From Alloacidobacterium sp. (GTDB taxonomy: Bacteria > Acidobacteriota > Terriglobia > Terriglobales > Acidobacteriaceae): a stretch of 64,000 nucleotides of DNA. The DNA lies in NCBI GenBank assembly GCA_035293545.1, contig DATGMQ010000048.1:10831-74830 (forward strand), written 5' to 3'. The translations under genes and the position numbers were made by a program. A model generated the notes under the pieces. It worked only from the letters and a program-made list of their open reading frames with translations. It made no database searches and had not been told where the DNA came from. This document shows positions 27,877 through 38,348 of this stretch, piece by piece; the stretch's first letter is position 1, and each line of letters opens with the position of its first letter.

Positions 27877-29523
27877 CTATACCTGAACTTTGACGGCGAT
27901 GGGAAACCGCCGTCCCGGCCCGAAAGCCTTACTCGTTACCTTGAGCACAGGTGCAGCCTGCTGGCGTTTGTACTCACTGCGCTCTACCAGTTTGACGACC
28001 TTCTTCACAAGTTGGAGATCAACCTGCTGTTTCGTCGCAATCTCCTCCGGCGTCTCATACCTTTCCACATACGCCTCCAGGATTGGATCCAGCACCTCAT
28101 AGGGCGGGAGCGAATCCGTGTCCTTCTGGCCGGGCCGCAGTTCCGCGGATGGAGGCTTGTCAATCGTAGCCTGTGGAATGCGCTCTCCATTTCGATTCGC
28201 GAACCGGCTCAGATCATAAACGCGCGTCTTCGCCAGATCGCCAATGACCGCCAGCGCGCCCGCCATATCGCCGTACAAGGTGCAGTAGCCAACCGACATC
28301 TCCGATTTGTTTCCCGTCGTCAGCACCAGCGCATTAAATTTGTTCGAGAGCGCCATCATCAGATTGGCACGAATGCGCGACTGAATGTTCTCTTCCGTGA
28401 TATCCGGCTTAAGCCCTGTAAACAACGGATCAAGCACCTTTCCGTATTCCGAAAACAGATCGCTGATCGGAATTAATTCAAACCGAATGCCCAGATTGTC
28501 CGCCAGTCTTCTGCTGTCTTCCACCGAACCTGCTGAAGAGTACTGACTCGGCATTCCGATGCCCGTCACATTCTCCTTGCCCAGCGCGTCCACCGCAATC
28601 GTCGCCACCAGTGCGGAGTCTATTCCACCGCTTAGAGCAACCAGTACTTTAGAGAATCCGCATTTTCGCACGTAATCGCGTGTGCCCAGTACCAGCGCGC
28701 TATAGACAGCTTCATCGATGTTGTCCGTCTGATAATGAATATCGCCGGTATGCGCAGCCGGGTCACAGAAGACCAGATCTTCTTCAAATGACTTCGCCTG
28801 CGCTATGACCGCACCATCAGCATCCAATACAAGGCTTGATCCATCGAAGATCAGGCTGTCATTGCCGCCCACCTGGTTCACCATCGCTACCGGCGTGCGA
28901 TGATGCCGCGCAATCGCCGCCAGCATTTCTCTGCGCGTCTTGCGCTTCCCTCTCCAGTAAGGCGAGGCTGAAATATTGAGGATGAGATCCCCGCCGCCGC
29001 GCATCAGCTCTTCAATAGGATCAATGCCATACAGCCGCTTATGCCAGAAGTTCTTATCGTTCCAGGCGTCTTCACAGATCGTCAGCGCGGCGCGTCTCCC
29101 GCAGAAATGCACCAGATGCTGCTTCTCCGCCGGAGCAAAATATCGCTGTTCATCGAACACGTCATAGAACGGCAGCAGCATCTTCGACTGCACGAAGGCC
29201 ACTTCCCCGCCGCGCACCAGCGCCGCCGAATTCATCACCCGCTTCCCTGTTCCCGGCGGAGCAGGCGTAACATAGCCCACAATGCCGGCAATATTCAATT
29301 CAGCTGTTGCCTGGGCAATTTCCGCAACCGCCTCTTCAGAGCGCGCAACAAACGAGGGCTTTTCAAGAAAATCTGCCGGTGGATATCCGCAGACCGCGAG
29401 TTCAGGAAAGAGAACAAGATCAGCGCGACCTTCGGCTGCCTTGCGCGTGAAATCGAGAATCTTCTCTATATTTCCGGTGAAATCGCCGATAGTGGGATTG
29501 ATCTGAGCGAGCGCAATCTTCAC
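27877..29523 (-). CDS. nadE: Glutamine-dependent NAD+ synthetase
   Basis: Nitrilase domain (FPEL, ICED) plus SGGIDS, TGNKSE, PSAELRPGQKD. Confidence 0.96.
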   Translation of the reverse strand: MKIALAQINPTIGDFTGNIEKILDFTRKAAEGRADLVLFPELAVCGYPPADFLEKPSFVARSEEAVAEIAQATAELNIAGIVGYVTPAPPGTGKRVMNSAALVRGGEVAFVQSKMLLPFYDVFDEQRYFAPAEKQHLVHFCGRRAALTICEDAWNDKNFWHKRLYGIDPIEELMRGGGDLILNISASPYWRGKRKTRREMLAAIARHHRTPVAMVNQVGGNDSLIFDGSSLVLDADGAVIAQAKSFEEDLVFCDPAAHTGDIHYQTDNIDEAVYSALVLGTRDYVRKCGFSKVLVALSGGIDSALVATIAVDALGKENVTGIGMPSQYSSAGSVEDSRRLADNLGIRFELIPISDLFSEYGKVLDPLFTGLKPDITEENIQSRIRANLMMALSNKFNALVLTTGNKSEMSVGYCTLYGDMAGALAVIGDLAKTRVYDLSRFANRNGERIPQATIDKPPSAELRPGQKDTDSLPPYEVLDPILEAYVERYETPEEIATKQQVDLQLVKKVVKLVERSEYKRQQAAPVLKVTSKAFGPGRRFPIAVKVQV

Positions 29524-29541
29524 TCTTCTAGTGTAGCAATC

Positions 29542-29970
29542 TTACTTTGTTACCTTTTCCCACGTCAGTTGCACTGCAACCACACCATCACCCGACGGAA
29601 TTGGAGGAGTACGCAGAATAAGCCGGTTGCCTTCGCGCTTGTGGTAGCGCAGCTGCGCTGTCCCGAGCCAATTGGGAAAGAGACTTACCTCGACATGATG
29701 AGTAACCGTATCGCCTTCGACTGTATAAGGCCCGGCGTAGGCGATGTAGTCGCGCTTGCGGCCGGCGCTCTCTGTCTTATGCCTGCGTCCCGCCGGGCTC
29801 AGGTTTCCGCTCATGTATCCTTCAGTCGAATAAAGCAGATAGCCGACAACGTGATTGCCCCACGGCTTCTCTACTGTTCCGTCTTCATGCAGAAATGAGT
29901 AATCGAGCAGTTTCCATGTGCCGATAAAATCCTCGGCAGTTGTATGGGCCTTTGTGCCAGTCATGTTCAC
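29542..29970 (-). CDS. Lipocalin-like domain protein
   Basis: FIGTWKL, GYLLYS..GYMS, AYAGPY, HHVEVSLFPNWLG. Confidence 0.85.
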   Translation of the reverse strand: MNMTGTKAHTTAEDFIGTWKLLDYSFLHEDGTVEKPWGNHVVGYLLYSTEGYMSGNLSPAGRRHKTESAGRKRDYIAYAGPYTVEGDTVTHHVEVSLFPNWLGTAQLRYHKREGNRLILRTPPIPSGDGVVAVQLTWEKVTK

Positions 29971-30770
29971 GCTTCCGGCAGCACCAGCGCATCCAGTTCC
30001 AGGAACTGGCGTACGACTTCATCGTCGCTCTTTTCCATCTCTTCCATCGTGCCGAAGAAATGCGCTTTCGCCTGATGCAGAAAGAGCACGCGGTCCGCGA
30101 GCTTCTTGGCAAAACGCATATCGTGCGTAACGACAATGCTTGTCAGGTGCAGCTGATGCTTCAGTTTTTGAATCAGGTCGCCGAGGAGACGCGCAATCAG
30201 CGGATCGACCATCGTCGTCGGCTCATCGTAAAGAATCGCCTCCGGCTGCGCTGAAAGAGCGCGCGCAATCGCAACTGACCGCTTCATCCCAGTCGATAGA
30301 TCAGATGGGAGCAAATCCTTCATGCCGGCAACGCCCACCATCTCCAGCAAACCGTTTACGATTTGCTGAATCTGGTCTTCCATCAGCTCGCCGCGTTCAC
30401 GCAAAGGGAACGCCACATTCTCGCCAACCGTAAGGGAATCAAACAGAGCGCCATTCTGAAAGACCATCGTTACCTTGCGGCGAATCACCTGCATCTGCTC
30501 TTCGGTGAATCCGCAAATATCTTCGCCGGCCACCATAATGCGGCCCGAATCCGGCTTAAGAAAGCCCATGATCTGCTGCAGAGAAACCGATTTGCCCACG
30601 CCGCTGCGCCCCAGAATGCAGAGGGTTTCGCCAGGCAATACAAAGAAGCTCACATTATCGAGCACTACCAGATCGCCAAATGATTTCGAGACATTATCGA
30701 AGGCGATATACGGCTGTGACTCTGTAGCTGAGCGTTTCTCTTCTACGATTTCGATGGGAATGCTGCTCAA
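29967..30770 (-). CDS. ABC transporter ATP-binding protein (MlaF/Mkl-like)
   Basis: GRSGVGKS, FQNGALFDSL, LSTGMKRS, YDEPT, VTHD. Confidence 0.9.
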   Translation of the reverse strand: MSSIPIEIVEEKRSATESQPYIAFDNVSKSFGDLVVLDNVSFFVLPGETLCILGRSGVGKSVSLQQIMGFLKPDSGRIMVAGEDICGFTEEQMQVIRRKVTMVFQNGALFDSLTVGENVAFPLRERGELMEDQIQQIVNGLLEMVGVAGMKDLLPSDLSTGMKRSVAIARALSAQPEAILYDEPTTMVDPLIARLLGDLIQKLKHQLHLTSIVVTHDMRFAKKLADRVLFLHQAKAHFFGTMEEMEKSDDEVVRQFLELDALVLPEA

Positions 30771-30788
30771 GCGGACATCTCCTACTCA

Positions 30789-31388
30789 TCAGCTTATCAG
30801 CGCCAGATCGGATGGAGTATTCAGGTTCTGGAACCAACGGCGCAAAGGTGGGTCGGCAGTCCAATCATTTCGCGTTGCGGCAACAGCCTCTACGCTGAAC
30901 AAGTCCAGTTCCGCAGGCCGTACGGCATTTTCGATGCCGTTCATCACCTTGAACTTCCCTGCTTGCAGTGACTCACGAATACCTGTTAACAGATCGCGAC
31001 GATATACCGCGCACAGCGGCTCCGGCCTGCCTTGATACTTCGGAATCGTTGCAGAGGCTCCCGTAAGACCTGCACGCTCGACCAGATACCGCACAAATAT
31101 CGAAGGCTGCAGAGGCAAATCCACAGGCAGAAAAACGTTCCATTCACTGTTGCTCCAGGCCAAAGCAGCTTCAATTCCCCCAAGCGGCCCACATCCCGGA
31201 TGCAGATCTTTAATCATTGGAGCATACGCAGAAAGATCAGAACGTGAGCTCACAATATGCGGCTTCACTTCGGCGCTTTTCAGCAAATCAACTGCATGCT
31301 CAATCAGAGGACGACCGCCATACTGCAGAAACGCCTTGTCCTTCCCCATGCGTGTGCTGCGTCCACCAGCCAGAACAAACCCGTTCAC
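30789..31388 (-). CDS. mobA: Molybdenum cofactor guanylyltransferase
   Basis: VLAGGRSTRMGKDKA, GPLGGI, EPLCAVY, NLNTP. Confidence 0.93.
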   Translation of the reverse strand: MNGFVLAGGRSTRMGKDKAFLQYGGRPLIEHAVDLLKSAEVKPHIVSSRSDLSAYAPMIKDLHPGCGPLGGIEAALAWSNSEWNVFLPVDLPLQPSIFVRYLVERAGLTGASATIPKYQGRPEPLCAVYRRDLLTGIRESLQAGKFKVMNGIENAVRPAELDLFSVEAVAATRNDWTADPPLRRWFQNLNTPSDLALIS

Positions 31389-32755
31389 TTCCCCAGCTCT
31401 TCAAAGAAGGTAATGATCGATTCAATTCCGCGATAGAAATTCGCCAGATGAAACTTTTCATTCGGCGCATGGAGATTGTCATCCGGCAGACCAAAGCCCA
31501 TCATGACCGTAGGGATTTTCAGATGCCGTTCAAAATCGCCGACAATCGGAATAGACCCGCCTGACCTGATAAACACCGCGTCCTTGTTCCAAACCTGTTT
31601 CAACGCCTTCGTCGCGGCTTTGATGTATGGGTTGTCCGTGCCGATTACAATCGCATCGCCGGAGTGAATTAACCGCACATCCACTTCAACGCCCGGGGGT
31701 TTGATTGACTCCACATAAGTCTTGAATTGCCCGAACGTCTCCTGAGGCGTCATGTCCGGCACCAGCCGCATTGACACCTTTGCAACCGCCTTTGCCGGAA
31801 TCACCGTCTTCGCGCCTGCTCCGGTAAAACCGCCAGGCATTCCGTGCACATCGAGCGTAGGCCGCGCCCAGGTGCGCTCCAGCACCGAATATCCCGGCTC
31901 GCCTGTGAGCTGCGTCGAGCCCACTTCTGTCAGCCTGTAATGCTCTTCATCAAAGGGGAGATTCTTCCAGGCATTCAACTCGTCATGGCTCGGAGCCTGC
32001 ACCTTGTCGTAGAAGCCGGGAATCAGAATGCGCCCGTCTTTGTCCTTAAGCTGAGCAATAATCTGCGCCAGCGCGACAAATGGATTTGGCGCCGCTCCTC
32101 CATACATGCCCGAATGGAGATCGGTCTTCGCGCCACGCGCTTCGATCTCCGTATAGATCATGCCGCGCAAACCAACACACAGCGTCGGAAGCTCCGGCGC
32201 AAACAGCTCTGTGTCGGAAACAAGTGCAAAATCAGCCTTTAGTTGCTCCGGATGTTCGCGCACAAATTTCGCAATCGATTCTCCGCCAACTTCTTCTTCT
32301 CCCTCAAGAATCACGCGGATATTGAGCGGCAGCTTCCCGCCATGTGCCGCAAACAGCGATTCCAGCGCCTTTAGGTGCATGTACATCTGGCCTTTGTCGT
32401 CCACTGCTCCGCGGGCATAGAGATTGCCGTTGCGCTCAGCCGGTTCAAACGGCGGAGACAACCATTCCTCCAGCGGATCCGGAGGCTGCACATCGTAATG
32501 TCCATAGCAGAGGCAGGCCGGCTTGCCCGGCGCATGCAGCCAGTCGGCATAGACCAGCGGATGCCCAGCGCCCTCAATCAGACGCACGTTCTCCATGCCG
32601 ATTCGCTTCAGTTCCGCAACCAGCGTTTCTGCAGCGCGGCGCACATCTCCTTTGTGCTCAGGCAAAGTAGAAACAGACGGAATGCGCAATAAATCTTTCA
32701 GTTCATTCAGAAAGCGCGGATACTGCCCGCGCGCATATTCCACAGCAGTCGGCAT
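31385..32755 (-). CDS. M20-family dipeptidase
   Basis: YGHYDVQP, RGAVDDKG, EGEEE, DLHSG, HAPNE. Confidence 0.93.
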   Translation of the reverse strand: MPTAVEYARGQYPRFLNELKDLLRIPSVSTLPEHKGDVRRAAETLVAELKRIGMENVRLIEGAGHPLVYADWLHAPGKPACLCYGHYDVQPPDPLEEWLSPPFEPAERNGNLYARGAVDDKGQMYMHLKALESLFAAHGGKLPLNIRVILEGEEEVGGESIAKFVREHPEQLKADFALVSDTELFAPELPTLCVGLRGMIYTEIEARGAKTDLHSGMYGGAAPNPFVALAQIIAQLKDKDGRILIPGFYDKVQAPSHDELNAWKNLPFDEEHYRLTEVGSTQLTGEPGYSVLERTWARPTLDVHGMPGGFTGAGAKTVIPAKAVAKVSMRLVPDMTPQETFGQFKTYVESIKPPGVEVDVRLIHSGDAIVIGTDNPYIKAATKALKQVWNKDAVFIRSGGSIPIVGDFERHLKIPTVMMGFGLPDDNLHAPNEKFHLANFYRGIESIITFFEELGK

Positions 32756-32845
32756 TATTTCTCCTCAATCAGGAACCTCTAAGTGTAGCCTTTGCGCCTG
32801 AATCTTTCACGACCGTACCAGCATCAGTCATCCACAGGCACAGTC

Positions 32846-33856
32846 ATGGAATCACGTTTTGCTTTTCTCGCCAGCTCATTTTCAGACAGCTCCACAAATA
32901 CAACGGATCCTACGCAGGCAGACGACGCTTCCCTTCTCGACGCATATTCCACCGCAGTCACGCACGCCGTCGAGCGAGTCAGCCCCTCTGTCGTCAAGAT
33001 CGACGTCAAATCTGCCTCTTCGCGCCGAGGAGGCTCGGGCTCCGGATTCGTCTTTACGCCCGATGGATTGGTCCTCACCAACAGCCACGTTGTGCGTGGA
33101 GGCTCGCGTTATCAACTCACCTTCCATGACGGTCAGCAGGCCCCGGCAACCCTCATCGGCGAAGATGCCGACACTGACACAGCAGTCCTGCGCACCGACG
33201 CATCTATTCTTCAGCCAGCCGTTCTCGGCAGCTCACGCACGCTTCGCGTCGGCCAGCTGGCCGTCGCTGTCGGCAATCCCTTTGGATTTCAGTTCACCGT
33301 CACCGCAGGCGTCATCAGTGCGCTCGGGCGCAGCATGCGCTCAACAACAGGCCGCATGATGGAAGAAGTCATCCAGACTGACGCAGCGCTTAATCCCGGC
33401 AACTCCGGTGGACCACTGGTGAATTCACGTGGCGAAGTCATTGGCATCAACACCGCCACTATCATCTCTGCGCAAGGGCTTTGCTTCGCCATCGGCATTG
33501 ACACAGCAAAGTTCGTCGCGTCCCAGCTTTTGCAATTTGGTCGCGTCCGCCGCTCGTGGATCGGCATCGCCGGACAGAACGTGCCTTTGCCCCGCCGCCT
33601 CGCCTACGAATATCAGCTCGCGGAGGCAACCGGCATTCTCGTCGTATCTGTTCAGGAAAACAGCCCGGCAAGCCGCGCTTCTCTGCGCGAAGGAGACATC
33701 ATCACCGCCCTTGACGGCCAGCCTATTGCAGGAATCGACGCCCTGCATCATCTGCTCACGGCCGAAAGCGCCGGGAAAACATTGCCGCTTGAAGTGCTCC
33801 GCGGCGTTGAGCGCCTTCAGTTGAATATCAAACCTGAGACGAAACCTGATGAGTAG
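32846..33856 (+). CDS. HtrA/DegP-like trypsin serine protease with PDZ domain
   Basis: GSGF, TNSHVV, QTDAALNPGNSGGPL; C-terminal PDZ; ATG 32846. Confidence 0.92.
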   Translation: MESRFAFLASSFSDSSTNTTDPTQADDASLLDAYSTAVTHAVERVSPSVVKIDVKSASSRRGGSGSGFVFTPDGLVLTNSHVVRGGSRYQLTFHDGQQAPATLIGEDADTDTAVLRTDASILQPAVLGSSRTLRVGQLAVAVGNPFGFQFTVTAGVISALGRSMRSTTGRMMEEVIQTDAALNPGNSGGPLVNSRGEVIGINTATIISAQGLCFAIGIDTAKFVASQLLQFGRVRRSWIGIAGQNVPLPRRLAYEYQLAEATGILVVSVQENSPASRASLREGDIITALDGQPIAGIDALHHLLTAESAGKTLPLEVLRGVERLQLNIKPETKPDE

Positions 33857-34346
33857 AAGTTCTGGCGCGTGCTGCCCGTACACGCCACATAATCACCAGG
33901 ACCACCAGCAGCAAAAGATGCGCAACAACGGCGCCCGAAAAGTCAATTCCGACATCGCCAACAGCGCTCGTGCGACCCGGCAGAAACGACTGGTGCCATT
34001 CGTCCCACGATGCCAGCGCGAGGGTGGAGACAAGAGCTAGCGGCGCAGCCAGAGCAAATATCCATCCGTGGCTTCGCGCTTTTCTGGAAAATGTAGCGCG
34101 CCAGCCCTCAAAGAAGCCGAGGCTCACGAGGCCATAACCAACGAAATGCCCAGTCTTGCGAATATAGTGATGCACCACCGCCCATCGCTCGGGCGTAATG
34201 GGTCCAAAGAGCTTTTCCCAAATCGGCAACAGCCAGCGGCTTGTGTTATCTGCCGACATGGTGCCGGTTGATTCAATCACGATGACTAAGATTCCGATCA
34301 TCGCCGGAATCCAATGCAGCAGCAGATAAAATCGCCTTCTCGACAT
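33828..34346 (-). CDS. VanZ-family membrane protein
   Basis: RKTGHFVGYG, DEWHQSFLPGRT..DVGID. Confidence 0.9.
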   Translation of the reverse strand: MSRRRFYLLLHWIPAMIGILVIVIESTGTMSADNTSRWLLPIWEKLFGPITPERWAVVHHYIRKTGHFVGYGLVSLGFFEGWRATFSRKARSHGWIFALAAPLALVSTLALASWDEWHQSFLPGRTSAVGDVGIDFSGAVVAHLLLLVVLVIMWRVRAARARTSTHQVSSQV

Positions 34347-34350
34347 GCAA

Positions 34351-34683
34351 TCAATACCGTGCCACTGTCGGGTCTATCAACGTTGACCATGCATCGATTC
34401 CGCCGCGCAGTGACTGCGTCTTTTCAAAGCCCTGGTTTCGCAGCCACACCGCCACATTCATCGAGCGCACTCCGTGATGGCAGATGGTTATGATGTGTGC
34501 GTCCGGATCAAGCTCCTGATTGGCGCGACTGGGCACGTCTCCCATCGGCATCAGAAGGCTGCCTTCAATGCGGGCAATGGCATATTCGCCGGGCTCGCGA
34601 ACATCCAGCAACACAACTCCCTCCTGATTCTTTTCGGAAAGGATTTCCTTCAGTTGTAAGGGAGTAATTTCGTAATCGAGCAT
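34351..34683 (-). CDS. Rhodanese-like sulfurtransferase
   Basis: LLDVREP, CHHGVRS, LRGGIDAW. Confidence 0.93.
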   Translation of the reverse strand: MLDYEITPLQLKEILSEKNQEGVVLLDVREPGEYAIARIEGSLLMPMGDVPSRANQELDPDAHIITICHHGVRSMNVAVWLRNQGFEKTQSLRGGIDAWSTLIDPTVARY

Positions 34684-34756
34684 GTATCAAGAATACATGC
34701 GATACGACTGGGCCAATCCGCGATACATGAAGTTGCAGATACCGGAGAAAGCGAAA

Positions 34757-35992
34757 TTACCGCTGAGGCGCAAATCCACCCGCAATATACTGCTGCGGAG
34801 CTGTCCCACCCGGCTGTGATGCAGGAGGAGAAGATGGCTTCTGTTGGCCGGAATCAGCACCTGAATCAGTTCCCTTGGGAAACTGAACAGGTCCCATCGT
34901 CGGATGGTCTTTATCGTTGTCCGTGGGCAAGGTCTCACCCGGAAGGCGCAAAGAAGGAGGAGCCTTCGGCGCAGTCTGCCTGGCCGTATCCTCAGGGGCT
35001 GCGTCCCCCATTTTCACCTCATGCACATTTGGCGCCTGATTTGTGCTCCAATAGTCACCCAATTCGTTCTCTGCGCGAATCACCGGGGGCTTGCCTACCT
35101 CCGCCACTTCCACGCGAATCACACGATTGCCATTAATCCGAACAAACTCCACCGGTTTTGGGGCTTCGCCGTAAATCCATTCTTCAAACGGCATCTGTCC
35201 TTCGCGCTCGCGGATCTTCTGCTGCGGTTGACCCATCGCGTAGATCACCATTTCGGTGCTCATGCCCACCAGTACATGATGATCGAGGATGGCTTTCTTG
35301 AGCGCTGGCGGCAGAGTATCGGTATATGCCTCGACAGGCGACTTTACGCCGAATCCCAGTAGAGGGGCCAACAACGCTTCCACCTGCTGGCCTGAAATTT
35401 CCGGCACATCATGCGGAAAAACCAGGGTGATGCGCGATCCGACCGGCTCCTGCCCCTGATCCTGCACAACCGGCGTCGTGTAATTTGGATCGGTGCCAAT
35501 CGAGATATGGCGCAGCCATTTATGCTTACGGTCTGGCCCACCATTCAGCAGAAAAACAATTTTGTTGTCTTTAATCTGAACGTCCGTTATGACGCATCGG
35601 TCGCCCGGCTTTGCCGATGTCCCTTTTTCATTGATCTCATTCACATAGTCAGCGCCGCTTGGCTGCATATCGCCATTTGCATGGAGAACCAGCCCCTTGC
35701 TGGCCAGCGGCAAAGGCCGCATAGCAAATCCCTGCTCCGCGGTGAGGAAACGGATCAGTTCCTGCCTGCCGCGCGTGGTCAGCCGCTCTGTTGAAAGTGG
35801 CACATTTGTAGGATGAAATTCGAGATAATGACCTTCAATCTTTTCCGGGCTTACGGTCAGCACCTGGGAATTTGCCGTACTGGCTGCCAGAAGCGCCAGC
35901 GCCGCTCCGCATACAGCTAATCGCAGCAGATGCCCTGCTGCTACTCGCAACAGGCGCAGGTCCTTCGTGCCGTGAGTTGCGAACCCCTGCAT
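34757..35992 (-). CDS. Hypothetical exported protein
   Basis: 411-aa ORF with signal-like segment, VGMS..MV..AMGQP..EEWIY motif and Pro-rich tail. Confidence 0.7.
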   Translation of the reverse strand: MQGFATHGTKDLRLLRVAAGHLLRLAVCGAALALLAASTANSQVLTVSPEKIEGHYLEFHPTNVPLSTERLTTRGRQELIRFLTAEQGFAMRPLPLASKGLVLHANGDMQPSGADYVNEINEKGTSAKPGDRCVITDVQIKDNKIVFLLNGGPDRKHKWLRHISIGTDPNYTTPVVQDQGQEPVGSRITLVFPHDVPEISGQQVEALLAPLLGFGVKSPVEAYTDTLPPALKKAILDHHVLVGMSTEMVIYAMGQPQQKIREREGQMPFEEWIYGEAPKPVEFVRINGNRVIRVEVAEVGKPPVIRAENELGDYWSTNQAPNVHEVKMGDAAPEDTARQTAPKAPPSLRLPGETLPTDNDKDHPTMGPVQFPKGTDSGADSGQQKPSSPPASQPGGTAPQQYIAGGFAPQR

Positions 35993-36106
35993 CGTGAGGC
36001 CCTCAAACCTTTCGGACTATAGAATGGCTCCGGTTAGCGTTATTTGGCAAGACCCTAACGCTGGTTCGTGCTTAGATTGTTTTGAAATGGGCGAAACAAA
36101 ACCCGC

Positions 36107-37168
36107 TCAGGGCTCATCTGAGGCCGATTTCGGTGCATCTGATAGGGGTCTATCTTCCATTTTTGCTTCCGGAGCCTGCACAGCCGTTCCGTTCGTCGAC
36201 CCTGATGCAGGCTGGATCTGCACCAGCGATGGCTCATTGGACGCGGCTATGGTGCCCATTGCCGCCTCATGCTGCCGACGCGCCACGGCATCAATATCCA
36301 CCGGAATGCCTCCCGGCACGATCACCGGCTGCGCATATCTGTGGGCGTAATCACGTGTAACTTTGACCAGAATGATCATCAGAACAGGCAGCACAATCAC
36401 TGCGATGGCACTGCCTTCCGGGCCGTATCCTCCGCCGGTCAGCCAGACAGGCCCAACAGCATTTGTCGTGATCACCGGATTAAAAATCGTCAGCCCGCTC
36501 ACCGGAAGCCCGAAGAGCAGTCCCATGCTCGCGTTCCAGGCAAAATGCAACCCCCATGGCAGCCACAATGCCCGCGTCCGCAGATAGGCAATCGAAAACA
36601 ACCATCCGGCAAGGATGGTCACCAGGGTGCTGGCCGCACTCGCATTCGTGTTCAGCAGGTGCATCAGGGCAAAGAGCACCGACATGCCCAGAGTTGCCAG
36701 CGTAGGTCCAACAGCATCGATCAGCCGTTGAAACGCATATCCCCGAAATGCAACTTCCTCTGCTAATGCCCCCACGATCAACGTCAGCAGGTTCACCAAC
36801 AGGAGAAAGAATTGATGCTCATTTGTCCAGAAACGGACTACGAGGCTTCCGAAGATAGTCATTGGCAACACACAGGCCACCACGCCGCCCCATCCTAATG
36901 CTGAACCCAGTGCGAACTCACGCTTCCAGCCCTCGCGCCGGATCAGGCCCATCTCGCGCAATGGCTCGCGCTGGCTTTGCCCCGCATATCCCATGGCCGC
37001 GTATCCGACCAGCAGCAGGAACAACAGGATGAGGCTCTGCACCAGCAGAAACCAGTCACCAGAGCTAAGCCCATTGGCAGCACGCAAAGACACTTGTTGC
37101 GCGAAGACAAAATAAAGCGCAGCAATGGCAAACCATCCGAAGGCGCGGAGACGTCCTCCAGATTTCAT
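36107..37168 (-). CDS. CPBP (CAAX protease/Abi) family intramembrane metalloprotease
   Basis: AEEVAFRG, FALMH, HFAWN motifs. Confidence 0.92.
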   Translation of the reverse strand: MKSGGRLRAFGWFAIAALYFVFAQQVSLRAANGLSSGDWFLLVQSLILLFLLLVGYAAMGYAGQSQREPLREMGLIRREGWKREFALGSALGWGGVVACVLPMTIFGSLVVRFWTNEHQFFLLLVNLLTLIVGALAEEVAFRGYAFQRLIDAVGPTLATLGMSVLFALMHLLNTNASAASTLVTILAGWLFSIAYLRTRALWLPWGLHFAWNASMGLLFGLPVSGLTIFNPVITTNAVGPVWLTGGGYGPEGSAIAVIVLPVLMIILVKVTRDYAHRYAQPVIVPGGIPVDIDAVARRQHEAAMGTIAASNEPSLVQIQPASGSTNGTAVQAPEAKMEDRPLSDAPKSASDEP

Positions 37169-37380
37169 ATCCTTGCTGTATCTCCACTTAGATTGTTAAA
37201 GCTTTTGAATGCTTTTTCATTGGGCGCGGACAACCACTCTGGAGCAAGCGTGTTTGAAACAGCTGCCGCAAATTTGCTATCCAATAAGGGCATCTTGGTT
37301 GCGCCGATTGTGTTATGCGCTTCGCGAGCTTTTTTTTCAGAAAACAGCCTGCTTTTGGCTTTATTCTTAACCTTTTTCAT
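37165..37380 (-). CDS. Small protein with antitoxin-like C-terminal motif
   Basis: 71 aa from ATG 37380; PLLDSKFAAAVSNTLAPEWLSAPNEKAF; ATGA overlap with the CPBP gene. Confidence 0.45.
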   Translation of the reverse strand: MKKVKNKAKSRLFSEKKAREAHNTIGATKMPLLDSKFAAAVSNTLAPEWLSAPNEKAFKSFNNLSGDTARI

Positions 37381-37496
37381 ATCGCTTCCACTGAGCGGTA
37401 GTAGGCACCCGGCTTCTCGGTGAATGTGCATACTGAGCGCAAGGCTTCAACCCAGGTTCCCTTTACGCTACGTCGCACTTAAATAACAGAACCGGC

Positions 37497-38348
37497 TCAT
37501 GTCGTATAAAACTGCGCGATACTACGGAACTTCTCATAGCGCCGCTTCAGCAACTCATCCAGCGACAGCACTTTGATTTCATGGAAGTGCCATGCGAGTT
37601 TCTCATCCAGCAACCGCGCGGCTTCTTCGGCATTCGCATGCGCCCCGCCTTCAGGCTCAGGAACAATATCATCGACGCAGCCGAGAGACTTCACATCTTG
37701 TGCCGTCAGTTTCAGAGCTTCCGCCGCCTGGGCGCGCTTGCCGGCGTCACGCCACATGATCGAAGCACATCCCTCCGGAGATATGACCGAATAGATCGCG
37801 TTCTCCAGAATCAACACCCGATCCGCCACTGCCAGAGCCAGAGCCCCGCCCGAACCGCCTTCGCCCGTTATCGTGGCGATCACCGGAACGCGCAGCCGCG
37901 ACATCTCAAACAGATTCCGCGCAATCGCCTCTGCCTGTCCGCGCTCTTCCGCGCCAATGCCCGGGTTCGCACCGGCAAGATCAATCAGCGTGAACACCGG
38001 ACGCCCCCACTTTTCGGCAATTTTCATTGCCCGAAGCGCCTTGCGATAGCCCTCCGGATCAGGCGAGCCAAACTTGCGCTGAATGCGCTCCTTCACCGTG
38101 CGGCCTTTGAGATTGCCGATGACCATGACCTCTTCGCCACGGAAGCGCGCCATCCCGCACGACATCGCCGCATCGTCGCCAAAGGCGCGGTCACCATGGA
38201 TCTCGCTGAAGTCAGTGAATATGCTCTCGATAAAGTCCATCGGATACGGCCGCTGCGGATGCCGTGCCAGCTCCGTTTTTACCCATGCCGCAGGCGTGGC
38301 CTCAGCCACCGCCTGAATCTGCTCAACACTACCAGCCTGCTCAGTCAT
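37497..38348 (-). CDS. accA: Acetyl-CoA carboxylase carboxyltransferase alpha subunit
   Basis: ARHPQRP, HGDRAFGDD, GYRKALR, AEERGQ, GEGGSGGA, YSVISPEG; ATG 38348. Confidence 0.96.
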   Translation of the reverse strand: MTEQAGSVEQIQAVAEATPAAWVKTELARHPQRPYPMDFIESIFTDFSEIHGDRAFGDDAAMSCGMARFRGEEVMVIGNLKGRTVKERIQRKFGSPDPEGYRKALRAMKIAEKWGRPVFTLIDLAGANPGIGAEERGQAEAIARNLFEMSRLRVPVIATITGEGGSGGALALAVADRVLILENAIYSVISPEGCASIMWRDAGKRAQAAEALKLTAQDVKSLGCVDDIVPEPEGGAHANAEEAARLLDEKLAWHFHEIKVLSLDELLKRRYEKFRSIAQFYTT

